A DNA stretch of 64,000 bases from Mobula birostris. Its lineage: Eukaryota. The stretch is from contig NC_092374.1 of assembly GCF_030028105.1 (NCBI RefSeq), positions 188,388,638-188,452,637 of the forward strand. The letters are read 5' to 3'. The notes beneath the pieces were generated by a model. The model worked only from the letters and a program-made list of their open reading frames with translations. It had not been told where the DNA came from and did not search any database. This document shows, piece by piece, positions 10,700 through 22,249 of this stretch. Every line of letters starts with the position of its first letter. Positions within the stretch are counted from its first letter, which is position 1. A program made the translations under genes and the position numbers.

Positions 10700-13600
10700 T
10701 TGACATTCGTTCTGGCCGGAGACTTCAATTGCACCATTGATGCGGCTGGAGGACCCGGCAGTGCCGACGGCAGGCTAGACAGTACCTCCAGACTCCTGAG
10801 GGAAATGGTGAAGACAGCCAAGCTGCGCGACGCCTTTGGCACCCCCACAGGTGGAGCACAGCCGCAAGCCACCTGGACACGACCGGACGGCTCAGCCCGC
10901 TCCCGGATCGACTTCCTCTTCCTGTCTGAGTCCCTCACGGTCAGGTCCACCGACGTCACGCCGGTGTTCTTCTCTGACCACTGCCTTCTGAGAGCCACCT
11001 GTCACTTACGGGAGGACCAGAAGGCAGGCAGGGGGACGTGGAAGCTGAACGTAAAGCTGCTGACCCCAGAGAACATCGAGGAACTAGAGAGGGAGTACAC
11101 AGGTTGGAGAACCTTGAAAGCCTTCTTTGATTCCCCGGTTCACTGGTGGGAAGCCACCAAGGAGAACATTAAGAGGTTCTTCATCCGCAAGGGTATTCAG
11201 AAGGCAAGGCAGGAGCAGAGGGAACTGCGTAAACTCCAGACAGAGTTGCAGCAACTTCTCCTTCTGCAGTCGAAGGGGGTGGATGTCAGGGAGGAACTGC
11301 GAGAGGTGAAGGGCCGGCAAGCCCAGCACCTCGCCGCTGAATCCTCCAAGATCATCTTCCGATCAAGGGTCCAAACCGTGGAGCAGGACGAGACGTGCTC
11401 ACGCTTCTTCTTCCAAAAGGTGCACAGGGGGAGCTCTGTGATCCACAACCTTAAGGAAGAGGACGGCTCAGTCGCGTCCTCGCAGACCGACATACTGAGG
11501 ATCTGCAAGTCCTTCTATGCCGGTCTGTACGAGGAAAAGGCCACAGAATCCACAGCCTCCCGCAACTTCCTGTCGTCTATCACGCAGGTCTTAGACGACG
11601 GCAAGCGGGAGAGTCTGGATCAGCCACTGACCCTGGACGAGCTGACAGGCTCCATCCGTTCCTTCGGGTCGGGTAAGACTCCCGGAAGCGACGGCTTACC
11701 GGCCGAGTTGTACTCGGCTCTGTGGAACTGGATGGGCCCAGACCTGCTGGAAGTGTACAACGCTATGCTTCTGGCCGGCAGTATGTCTGAGTCCATGAGG
11801 AAGGGCATCATCACCCTCATCTACAAGCAGAAGGGGGAAAGGGAGGACATTAGGAATTGGAGACCCATCTCTCTCCTGAATGTGGACTACAAGATCCTGT
11901 CCAAGGCTATCGCCAACAGGGTCAAGTCTGCTCTGGGACAGGTGATCCACCCGGACCAAACCTGTGCTGTACCGGGCAGGAAGATCTCAGACAGCCTCGC
12001 GCTGCTGAGGGACACCATCGCCTACATGCAGGACAGGGGGGTGGACGCCTGCCTGGTCAGCTTGGACCAGGAGAAAGCCTTCGACAGGATATCGCACACG
12101 TACATGGCGGACGTGCTCTCCAAAATGGGATTTGGGGAGGGAATCCGGAATTGGATCAGACTGCTCTACACAGACATCCGTAGTGCAGTCCAGGTCAACG
12201 GGTGGGAAACAGACAGCTTCCCCATCAGGTCTGGAGTCAGGCAGGGCTGCCCCCTCTCCCCTGTCTTGTTTGTCTGTTGCATAGAACCCTTTGTGGAAGC
12301 CATCAGGAGGGATGAGGGCATAAGAGGGGTGACGCTGCCAGGCAGTGGAGGGACCCAAGTGAAAACCTCCCTGTACATGGACGACGTCACCGTCTTCTGC
12401 TCTGATCCGAGGTCAGTTCGCAGGTTGATTGGCACCTGCGAACAGTTCGAGCTAGCGTCGGGGGCCAGGGTCAACCGCACGAAGAGCGAAGCCATGCTCT
12501 TTGGCAACTGGCCCGACCGATCCAGCGTCCCCTTCACCATCAGGTCTGACCACGTGAAGGTGTTGGGGATCTGGTTCGGAGGGGCTGAGGCGTGCAACAA
12601 GAACTGGCAGGAGCGGACTGCCAAGGTGAAACAGAAACTGGGACTGTGGGGAGGGCGCTCCCTGTCGATAACGGGCAAGAACCTGGTCATCAGGGGTGAG
12701 GTGCTCTCAGGGCTGCTGTACTTGGCGCAGGTCTGGCCCGTCCCCCGCTCCTACAGCTCGGAAATCACCCGAGCTGTCTTCAGATTCGTCTGGGGATCCA
12801 AGATGGAGCGGGTGAGACGGACCGCCATGCACAAGTCCCTGGACAACGGGGGCAAGAACGTCCCCAATGTCGCCCTCACCCTGATGGCCAGCTTCGTATG
12901 TGGCTGCATCAGGTTGTGTGTAGAGCCCAGGTATGTGGGCACCAAGTACCACTATGTGCCCAGGTTCTACTTGTCGCCCTGGCTGCGAAGGATGGGTCTG
13001 GCCCCACTCCCGCGCAACGCCCCAGTCAGCTGGTCGTTGCCGGCATACCTATCCCACGTAGCAAAGTTCTTCCAGGAGAACGCCTTTGACCACAAGGCCA
13101 TCAGGCAGTGGTCGGCACGAAGTGTCCTGCAGGCACTGCAGGAGAAGGACGTGATGGACACAGTGGGGTGGTTCCCTGAGCAGACTGTCCAGTTCATCTG
13201 GCAAAATGCCTCATCGCCAGATCTCACCAACAGGCACCAAGACCTCGCCTGGCTGGCGGTGAGAGGGGCCCTCCCAGTCAGAGCCCTCCTGTACGCCCGG
13301 AACGTCGTCTCCGCACCCCACTGCCCACGGGAGGACTGCAGTGAGGAGGAGTCTGTGACCCACCTCTTTGCACACTGTCAGTTCGCAAAGAGGGTGTGGA
13401 GGAGGATGGACGGGCTAGTGTCACGTTTCATCCCCAGCAGCTGCGTGACAGAGGACTCTCTGATCTACGGGCTGTTCCCGGGGACGCACACGGAGACCAA
13501 CATCCGGTGCTGCTGGCAGATCATCAACTCGGTGAAAGACGCTATTTGGTCAGCCCGAAACTTGATGATCTACCAGCACATGGAGATGTCCGTGGGAGAA

Positions 13601-13705
13601 TGCTGCCGACTGGCACATTCTCGGCTGCAGGAGTACGTGCTGAGGGACGCACTGAAACTTGGTGCAGCCACCGCAAGGGCCCGGTGGGGAAGGACCACAG
13701 TATAG
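10700..13705 (+). CDS. Tx1-like ORF2: C-terminal part of APE endonuclease, RT and CCHC zinc knuckle; truncated, no native start
   Basis: GDFNC, RIDF, SDH; DQEKAFDRISH, QGCPLSP, YMDD; CPREDC...THLFAHC; 1001 codons with no stop. Confidence 0.93.
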   Translation: MTFVLAGDFNCTIDAAGGPGSADGRLDSTSRLLREMVKTAKLRDAFGTPTGGAQPQATWTRPDGSARSRIDFLFLSESLTVRSTDVTPVFFSDHCLLRATCHLREDQKAGRGTWKLNVKLLTPENIEELEREYTGWRTLKAFFDSPVHWWEATKENIKRFFIRKGIQKARQEQRELRKLQTELQQLLLLQSKGVDVREELREVKGRQAQHLAAESSKIIFRSRVQTVEQDETCSRFFFQKVHRGSSVIHNLKEEDGSVASSQTDILRICKSFYAGLYEEKATESTASRNFLSSITQVLDDGKRESLDQPLTLDELTGSIRSFGSGKTPGSDGLPAELYSALWNWMGPDLLEVYNAMLLAGSMSESMRKGIITLIYKQKGEREDIRNWRPISLLNVDYKILSKAIANRVKSALGQVIHPDQTCAVPGRKISDSLALLRDTIAYMQDRGVDACLVSLDQEKAFDRISHTYMADVLSKMGFGEGIRNWIRLLYTDIRSAVQVNGWETDSFPIRSGVRQGCPLSPVLFVCCIEPFVEAIRRDEGIRGVTLPGSGGTQVKTSLYMDDVTVFCSDPRSVRRLIGTCEQFELASGARVNRTKSEAMLFGNWPDRSSVPFTIRSDHVKVLGIWFGGAEACNKNWQERTAKVKQKLGLWGGRSLSITGKNLVIRGEVLSGLLYLAQVWPVPRSYSSEITRAVFRFVWGSKMERVRRTAMHKSLDNGGKNVPNVALTLMASFVCGCIRLCVEPRYVGTKYHYVPRFYLSPWLRRMGLAPLPRNAPVSWSLPAYLSHVAKFFQENAFDHKAIRQWSARSVLQALQEKDVMDTVGWFPEQTVQFIWQNASSPDLTNRHQDLAWLAVRGALPVRALLYARNVVSAPHCPREDCSEEESVTHLFAHCQFAKRVWRRMDGLVSRFIPSSCVTEDSLIYGLFPGTHTETNIRCCWQIINSVKDAIWSARNLMIYQHMEMSVGECCRLAHSRLQEYVLRDALKLGAATARARWGRTTV

Positions 13706-13920
13706 GTTTCTCCACCTGTGGGAGTGGGAGGGGTCGGTGGGCGAGGAGTATACCCCTCAACAATGAGATGCTAAGCTGAACTACTGGAGTGCCACGTGGG
13801 TGGCTATAAACACGGGTATTTTACTGAGTATAATGGAAACGTATGTAAAGGATGAAAAGTTATTGAATGGTTTATTGTATATATTTATTTTTGAATAAAG
13901 TATATTTTGAAATAAAAAAA
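10709..13920 (+). mobile_element. 5'-truncated Tx1-clade (L1 superfamily) LINE, copy 1
   Basis: Intact ORF2 remainder, AATAAA plus A-tail, TSD AATATTGACATTC (10696-10708 and 13919-13931). Confidence 0.95.
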
Positions 13921-14149
13921 TATTGACATTCAGATTCATTTTATTTATTACGTGAGCATCTCAAGATATAGTTAAATGTTATTTGCATTTACACCAATGT
14001 ACGTGTCGTTGCATATTCCAGCGCACACATAGCTTGCCCACAGTGTTCAGCACAACACAACACATTTATGAATAGCTTATTTAATTTAATGTTTGAATGT
14101 ATTTTTATTTATTGCAGAGTACTGCTGCCGCAAATCTGGCGATACAGTA

Positions 14150-14560
14150 CTACATTGATTGGCCTTATCTCAAATAATAATGAGGGAGCCTACAGAGAAG
14201 TCTTAGTGGTGTCAAGAAAACAACCTCTCCCTCCATGTCACAAAAACAAAGGAGCCGGTTGTGGACTACAGGAGGAATGGAGACAGGCCATTGACATCAA
14301 TGGATCTGAGGTTGAGAGAGTGAACAGCTTTAAGTTCCTCGGCATTCACAGCACCGAGGATCTCACGTGGTCCTTACATTCCAGCTGTGTGGTGAAAAAG
14401 GCACAACAATGCCTCTTTCACCTCAGATAGTTGAGGAAGTTTAGTATAGCCTCCCAAATTTTAATAACTTTCTACAGGGGCACAATTGAGAGCATCCAGT
14501 CTGGTATGGGAATTGTACTTCCCTCAATCGCAGGACTGCAGTGCGAACAGCCCAGCTCAT
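14150..14560 (+). mobile_element. Rex1/Babar-type LINE 3' fragment
   Basis: INGSEVERVNSFKFLGIH...KKAQQCLFHLR. Confidence 0.7.
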
Positions 14561-15233
14561 CTGTAGATGTAACGTAACTATTTTTTCTCCTCACGTATGT
14601 GAAGGATGTAAGTCATAAAGTAAATTCAATTATCACAACATACAGTATGTTAGTAATAATATGCCCGATTCTGACCTAAGACCACCAACCATAAGTTTGA
14701 CCTTTGGGCTTCGAGTGATTCAACCTCCACTTATTTGACTTTCTATGGTAGAGTGCAGGGCTTTGACTTCCAAGATATTAAAAAATAACATCAGGGAGGA
14801 GGGGTGGAGGTTGGTCTCTACCATGGATCTGCGCCTGGAAAGTCTTCATTCTCCAGGGCGCAGGCCTGGGCAAGGTTGTATGGAAGACCGGCAGTTGCCC
14901 ATGCTGCAAGTCTCCCCTCTCCACGACACCAATGTTGTCCGAGGGAAGGGCATTGGGACCCACACAGCTAGGCACCAATGTCGTCCCGTCGCAGAGCAAT
15001 GCGTGATTAGGTGCCTTGCTCAGGGACACAACACGTTCACGACCTTCTGGTCGCTAGTACAATGTCTTAACCGCTTGGCCTGTAACGTACTCCCCTGTTA
15101 GCCTCTTGGTCTTCCTCGAGCAACGTATAAGCATGTGCTTAGCTTCCCAGCCTGTCCCCAACGATAACGATAAGATCTGGTGGTGGGAAGGCTATGTAAG
15201 GGAGAAAACAGATGGCTAACAAACACATTGAAG

Positions 15234-15246
15234 TCTGTCTTTAAAT
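15234..15246 (-). terminator. snRNA 3' box
   Basis: ATTTAAAGACAGA begins 8 nt past the U1 3' end; consensus is GTTTN0-3AAARNNAGA. Confidence 0.8.
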
Positions 15247-15253
15247 TGACTCT

Positions 15254-15417
15254 CAGGGGAGAGCGCGAACGCAGTCCCCCACTACCACAAATTATGCAGT
15301 CGAGTATCCCGCATTTGGGGATATCGCAGGCGTCAGCACACCCGATGTGCAATGGGATAGCCTCGTCCTGGAACCTCAGCCCTCCTGATCACCAGCGGTT
15401 CCCTGCCAGGTAAGTAT
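15254..15417 (-). ncRNA. RNU1: U1 snRNA gene (variant sequence), 164 nt
   Basis: 5' ATACTTACCTGG, loop I GATCAGGAGG, loop II ATTGCAC, Sm site AATTTGTGG, SL4 GGGGGACTGCGTTCGCGCTCTCCCCTG; canonical length. Confidence 0.97.
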
Positions 15418-15459
15418 ACTTTAATGTATCCCGCACAGTGAGCCAACGAGAGCACGACT

Positions 15460-15476
15460 CCTTAATATCAACATGA
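15460..15476 (-). promoter_or_regulatory. Candidate proximal sequence element (PSE)
   Basis: TCATGTTGATATTAAGG at -59 to -43; imperfect match to the vertebrate PSE at about the expected position. Confidence 0.35.
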
Positions 15477-15605
15477 GCTCAATTACTTTGCTTCTGTGTA
15501 GCCACATATAGCCTAGAAAGAAGATGCAGCTACATCTGTTGTTTCTCCTCTCTTTCTAACCTAGCTTTACTTTTTAAGGTCTCACGACTTCTTTTCGCCT
15601 TGGCT

Positions 15606-15613
15606 ATTTGCAT
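15606..15613 (-). promoter_or_regulatory. Octamer ATGCAAAT of the U1 distal sequence element
   Basis: Perfect octamer at -189 to -196 from U1 +1. Confidence 0.8.
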
Positions 15614-15692
15614 ACCTTCCTTAATTGGAAGCAGCCCCTGACGTGTAGTCGAAGCAGCCCGCTGGGTGTTGGGCCATTCCTGGTGGGTTTCA

Positions 15693-15710
15693 TTCACAGA
15701 ACGCATGAGC
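15693..15710 (+). promoter_or_regulatory. SPH/ZNF143(Staf)-like site
   Basis: TTCACAGAACGCATGAGC resembles TTCCCAGAATGCA; lies 80 bp from the octamer. Confidence 0.45.
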
Positions 15711-17564
15711 TTGTGCGGGATCCAGTCTGTCGCTCCCAGACAAGAGGAAATGTGCTCTGTGGATGCTGGAAATCCGAGCTGGAGGAACTCAGCAGGCCAG
15801 GGAGCATAGAGGAAGAGTAGAGTCAACTTTTCAGGCCGAAACCATTCGCTCGGAGTCTCTGCAGCTCCGAGGCGTCCTGTTCGGCTGGGAGGCAGCGGCT
15901 TGTATCAACCGGTGCTCCTTTGAGTTTAGCTCAGCTCACACAGAGCCGGGGCTCTCGGAGTGAGTGAGTGAGAGTGAGAGAGAGACTGAGACTCTCTCTG
16001 AGTTCGTTCTATTTTTAGACCAGTCTTTTGAGGTTTCATTGGGGAATCGGGCTATTTTACGTCTGCTAATTCCGTCATTCGACACCCACGTACATTTATT
16101 TATTTATTATTATTTTTTTTTTCTTTTTTGTATTTGCACAATATGTTGCCTTTGGCACGCTGATTGTTACTCCGTCTTTGTTGTGTGCAGTTTTACATTG
16201 ATTCTATTGTGTTCTCTCGTACTTATTGTGAATGCCCACAAGAACATTAACCTCTGCGTAGTACATGGTGAAAATCTTGAGCAACGCACACAAAATGCTG
16301 GAGGAACTCGGCAGGTAAGGCAGCATCTATGGATGGGAATAAACGGTGGGCTGAGACCCTTCATCAGGACTGCTGACATACAGTGCTGTACTGTATTTCA
16401 CAAGAAAAAATCTGTAAATGCTGGAAATGCTGAGCAATACACACAAAATGCTGGAGGAACTCAGCTGGCCTGGCAGCATTTATGGCAAAAAGTGCAGTTG
16501 ACGTTTCAGACAGAAACCCTCTGGCAGAACATACTGTATATGTTCTTTGATAATAAATATACCTTGAATTTTGAACTTAGAGAATTGATACAATGAGTCC
16601 AATATTTCATTCAACACTGACACAGAGGGAAAATCCAGGTGAAATTACAAGTGTATAAACAGGTAATGGCCAACATAATGAACCAACACAGGGTTCCCAA
16701 GTCACCCTCCACCCTCACTAAATCCCTTACCTCTTTCATCTATCCCCTCACGACTTCTCATTTTATTTCCCCCTCCCAGATTACTTGCCTTTTATTCTCT
16801 GGTGGGATGGCTCTGCTCCTGAAGAAGGAGCCTGTGTGGCCTATCACTTTAACCGGGGCTAGGGCTCTGCGTTGGAGTGGTGTCTCTCCCTTCCGATGAC
16901 ATTGGAGGATGTTACCGAGGTTCTGCATTTGTGGATTTTGACTATGGACATTTTCAGTCTTACGGTTTTTGTATTCTGCATTTTTGCCCAATCTTTCTCG
17001 TTTTTTTGTGCAGCAGGGAGGGGGTCTGGGGAGCAATGTTCCTGTTGTGTTTTTGTTAGTTTTTTGTGCAAGGTGGGGGGATTTGGGAGCCAATATCCTT
17101 TTTTTGCATTCTGTGCGGTGGGGGGGAGGGAGTTTGGGTGGTTGATGATCGTGTTGCCATTCTTTTTTATTGGGCAGGGTTGCTATTTCTCTTTGAAGTG
17201 GCTTCCGTGGTTTTGCTTTGTTTCATGGCTATCTGAAGAAGAAGAATCTCAGAGTTGTATACTGCACACATACTTTCATGTCACCTCCTCCTCCCCTCGC
17301 CTTCTTATTCTGGCTATTGCCCCCTTCCTTTCCCAGTCCTGATCAACGTTCATTGTTTATTTTCCTCCAGAGATGCTGCCGGACCTGCTGAGTGTCACTC
17401 TCCCTGGCAGTTTTACCAGTTTGTACCTTACTTTGCCCTGGGATCTGCAGTAGTTTCCACTCAGCTTTCAGCAGCCTGAATGCTCATCCCTGAATCCCTG
17501 CTCCGCTCTGCCTGTTGGTTTAACAAGTTCGTTGGTTGTCCCATCGGATCTCAGTCAGTATTCC

Positions 17565-20500
17565 TACCCTGTCCCTTCCAAACACAACCGTGGTTTGCGA
17601 CCAAGACAGGACCAGAGCTAGACTATTCAACCCATCGAGTCTGCTCCACCATTCACTCGTGGCTGATTTTTTTATCCCTCTCAACCCGTTTCTCCCACCT
17701 TCTCATAACCTTTAATCTGAGAAATCAAGAACCTATCAGCCTCTGCTTTAAATATACCCAGTGGCCTGGCCGCCACAGCTATTTGTGGCAATGAATTCCA
17801 CAGATTTACTACCCTCTGCCTGAAGAACTTCCTCCTGATCTCTGTTCTAAATGGACGTCCCTCTATTCTGAGGCTGTGCCCTCTTGTCCCAGATTCCCCC
17901 ACTATAGGAAACATCTTATCCACACCCACTCTTTCTAGACATTTCAATATTCAGTAGGTTTCAGTGAGATCTTCTAAACTCCTTATTCTTCTAAACTCCA
18001 GTGAGTACAAGCCCAAAGCCATCAAACATGCTTCATCCATTGACATTTTCATTCCCATAAACCTCCTATGAACCCTCTCCAATCCCAGCACATCTTTTCT
18101 TAGATAAAGGCTCCCAAAGTTGCTCACAATACTCCAGGTGCAGTCTGACCAATGTCTTGCAAAGCCTCAATATTAGATCCTTGCTCTTGTGTTCCAGTCC
18201 TCTCAAAATGAACGCCAACCTTGCATTTACCTTCCTCACCATTGACCCAATCTGCAAGTTAACCTTTGGGGAATCCTGCACAAGCATTCCCAGGTCCCTT
18301 TGCACCTCTGATTTTTGATTCTTTTCCCCATTTAGAAAATAGTCTATGCCTTTATTCCTTCTACCAAAGTGCATGACCGTACACTTCCCTACACTATATT
18401 CCATCTGCCACTTCTTTGCCCATTCTCCCTATCTGTCCAAGTCCTTCTGCAGACTCCCTGCTTCCTCAACCCTGTCTGTCCCTCCACCTGTCTTTGTATC
18501 ATCTGCAAAACCATCAATTCCGTCATCGTCGTAGAACGTGAAAAGAAGCAGTCCAATACTGCCCCTTGCGGAACACCTCTAGGCACCGGCAGCCAACCAT
18601 AAAAAGCTCCTTTTATTCCCGCTCCTTGCCTCCTGCTAGTCAGCCAATCTTCTATCCATGCTAGTATCTTTCCTGTAATACCATGGCCCCTTATCTTGTT
18701 AAGCAGCTTCATAGTCATAGTCATAGTCAAACTTTATCGATCCCGGGGGAAATTGGTTTATGTTACAGTTGCACCATAAATAATAGTAATAAAACCATAA
18801 ATAGTTAAACAGTAATATGTAAATTGTGCCAGGAAATAAGTCCAGGACCAGCCTATTGGCTCAGGATGTCTGACCCTCCAGGGAGGAGTTGTAAAGTTTG
18901 ATGGCCACAGGCAGGAATGACTTCCTATGATGCTCTGTGTTGCATCTCGGTGGAATGAGTCCCTGGCTGAATGTACTCCTGTGCCCACCCAGTACATTAT
19001 GTAGTGGATGGGAGACATTGTCCAAGATGGCATGCAACTTGGACAGCATCCTCTTTTCAGACACCACCATCAGAGAGTCCAGTTCCATCCCCACAACATC
19101 ACTGGCCTTACGAATGAGTTTGTTGATTCTGTTGGTGTCTGCTACCTTCAGCCTGCTGCCCCAGCACACAACAGCAAACATGATAGCACTGGCCACCACA
19201 GACTCATAGAACATCCTGATCATCGTCTGGCAGATGTTAAAGGACCTCAGTCTCCTCAGGAAATAGTGACGGCTCTGACCTTTCTTGTAGACAGCCTCAG
19301 TTTTCTTTGACCAGTCCAGTTTATTGTCAATTCGTATCCCCAGGTATTTGTAATCCTCCACCATGTCCGCACTGACCCCCTGGATGGAAACAGAGGTCAC
19401 CGGTACCTTAGCTCTCCTCAGGTCTACCACCATCTCCTTAGTCTTTTTCACATTAAGCTGCAGATAATTCTGCTCACACCATGTGACAAAGTTTCCTACC
19501 GTAGCCCTGTACTCAGCCTCATCTCCCTTGCTGATGCATCCAACTATGGCAGAGTCATCCGAAAACTTCTGAAGATGACAAGACTCTGTGCAGTAGTTGA
19601 AGTCCGAGGTGTAAATGGTGAAGATAAAGGGAGACAAGACAGTTCCCTGTGGAGCCCCAGTGCTGCTGATCACTCTGTTGGACACACACTGTTGCAAGCA
19701 CACGTACTGTGGTCTGCCAGTCAGGTAATCAAGAATCCATGACACCAGGGGAGCATCCACCCGCATCGCTGTCAGCTTCTCCCCCAGCAGAGCAGGGCGG
19801 ATGGTGTTGAACGCACTGGAGAAGTCAAAAAACATGACCCTCACAGTGCTAGCTGGCTTGTCCAGGTGGGCGTAGACATGGTTCAGCAGGTAGATGATGG
19901 CATCCTCAACTCCTAGTCGGGGCTGGTAGGCGAACTGGAGGGGATCTAAGTGTGGCCTGACCATAGGCTGGAGCAGCTCCAGCTTCATGGGCAGCAACTT
20001 GTCAAAGGCCTTCCGAAAATCCAAATAAACAACATCCACTGGCTCTCCTTTGTCTATCCTGCCTGTTATTTCTTCAAAGAATTCCAAAAGATTTGTCAGG
20101 CTAGATTTCTCCTTAAGGAAATCATGTTGACTTTGTCATGTGCCTCCCAGTACCTCGAAGCCTGATTCTTATTGGATCCAACATCTTCTCAGCCACTGAG
20201 TCAAGCCTATAATTTTCTTTTTCTGCCTACCTCCCTTCTTGGAGTGACATTTGCAATTTTCCAGTCCTCTCGAACCATTCCAGAATCTAGTGATTCTAGA
20301 ATGATCATTACTAACGCCTCCATAATTTCTTCAGCTACCCTGAAACCCTAGGGTGTTGTCCATCTGGTCCAGGTATCACTTCTTACCTTCAGACCTTTCA
20401 GCTTCCCAAGCACTTTCTCGTTATTAATAGCAACTACACTCACTTCTGCCCACTGGCGTACTGCTAGGGTTTTCCACAGTGAAGACTGATCCAAAATGCT

Positions 20501-20680
20501 TATCAAGTTCATTTGCCATTTCTTTCTCCCCCATTACTAGCTCTCCAGCATTATTTTCCAGCAGTCCGATATTCACTCTCACTTCTCTTTCACTCTTTGT
20601 TCATCTGAGAAAACTTTTGTATTGTCCTTTATATTATTAGCTAGCTTCCTTTCATATTTCATCTTTTCCAACAAAACCAC
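17565..20680 (-). mobile_element. Degenerate CR1 LINE interrupted by a Rex1/Babar insertion
   Basis: EYSVGKCTVMHFG, LEYCEQLW and VDVVYLDFRKAFDK segments flank the insert. Confidence 0.88.
18713..19979 (-). mobile_element. 5'-truncated Rex1/Babar-clade LINE with (GACTAT)n tail
   Basis: LDPLQFAYQP, FFDFSSAFNTI, PQGTVLSP, FSDD; TSD CAGCTTCAT (18704-18712 and 19980-19988). Confidence 0.9.
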
Positions 20681-21878
20681 ACAAACAAAAACTGGCAAGC
20701 ACGCACGTGCAGAGAAGACCAACAGTGCCAATAGATAGATAGTAATAGGCGGCCGTCGATCCCAGGGGATCAAGGGCTTGCGCCTCTGGTGGACCGTGTC
20801 CTCTCCAGGGCACAAGCCTGGGCGGGAAGATTTGAAGAACCGGCTGTTGCCCCTGCAGCGGGTTCCCCGTCTCCACGTCACTGATGTAGTCTGAGAGAAG
20901 GACAAGTGCCGATACAGCTTGACACCAGTGTCGTCGCAGAGGTTGTCAGAGTGAAGTTATAAGGAACATCAAACTGCCTTAGCGACCCGGGCTCCGGATT
21001 TCTTCCTCAGGGTTTACTTCCGGAGCCTTTCCCATGGGCGGGCATGGCCACAAGGCAGCGGGGGCTTAAAATCAGAGCCGGGGCTGCCATTCAAGGCTGA
21101 CGAGCCCCACTTGCCCGAAGCAACTGGTTTTGAGGCGCCAGCGGCGCACCTTTGCCCCTTCTCTTATCGGTACAAACGGTTCCACCGGCATTAGTAGCTG
21201 AGCCACACGTGAAGGCCAAGAGTTGGACTTGGTTGTCAGCGGCTGTTAGATTTGCACAGCATTTGGAGCACTTTATAGGTAGTGGGAGATTATCCCCACT
21301 ACCACCCCCGGCTATGACAGCCTTGGGAACCATAGGTGGATAGATGAATACTGAGAACATGAATTGCAGAGTGCTTGAAGGTGATTTCTGACTGAAGCAA
21401 ATCGCGTTAGCTCCATCGGGGACACTAGCCACCCACCATTTAGAACACCTTCAAAATGCGATGCGTCAGGAAAGCAGCATCCGTCATTAAGGACGCTCAC
21501 CACCCGGGCGGGATACGCCCTCTCCTCAATACTACCATCAGAAAGTACAGGAGCCTGAAGACCCACACTCAGTGTACTTTATTGAAGCAATTGTTTATTT
21601 AAAAATATTTCATATTGTAACTTCTTAAAATATATTGCACAGTGCTGATGCTACAAAACACCTTATTTCACAACATACGCATGTCAGTAATGATGAACCT
21701 GATCCTGAGATGAGACTGGAAAAGTTTGGGGAAGTCCAGCTCAGGGTGAGCACTGTCTTGATGACTGCCAGGAATCTGACAAGTCGACAAGTTGCACCCG
21801 GTGCATTTTACCCAGTCACACAGCTCACCCTGCAGAGGGCAGTAGTGAGGCTGCAAATTCGACACCTTTGCCGGTGAC

Positions 21879-21965
21879 ACACATAAAAGTTGCTGGTGAA
21901 CGCAGCAGGCCAGGCAGCATCTCTAGGAAGAGGTGCAGTCGACGTTTCGGGCCGAGACCCTTCGT
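21879..21965 (-). mobile_element. 87-bp retroposed Penelope pseudo-LTR fragment with partial hammerhead
   Basis: Flanked by exact 14-bp TSD CCTTTGCCGGTGAC (21865-21878 and 21966-21979). Confidence 0.85.
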
Positions 21966-22249
21966 CCTTTGCCGGTGACTCTTCTGAATACTCCCGAGAG
22001 CAGGGGTGGGAAACCCTTTTCGGAATGTGTGCATAAATTGACAATAGACTCCGAAAGAGAATTTGTAACTCTGAGCACAGATTATCGTTACTGAGTTAAT
22101 TAGTAACAATAATTATGTACTTTAAGGAAAAGGGGTGAGCCCCGGAGCTTATTCATTATTTGACTATTGATAAAATAGTATTACAGAGACTGAAGGAAAC
22201 AAACAGAGCAATCAACAGTATTGAGGCACTGCTGTGTGCCAACAAAACC

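Noticed and set aside
10709-15417. Tx1 element targeting the U1 snRNA gene (as Keno does for U2)
   Set aside because: The insertion is 1.3 kb from an intact U1, and neither TSD resembles U1 sequence.
16872-17342. Cys/Phe-rich 156-aa ORF
   Set aside because: Lies in T-rich repeat-like sequence; no recognisable domain.
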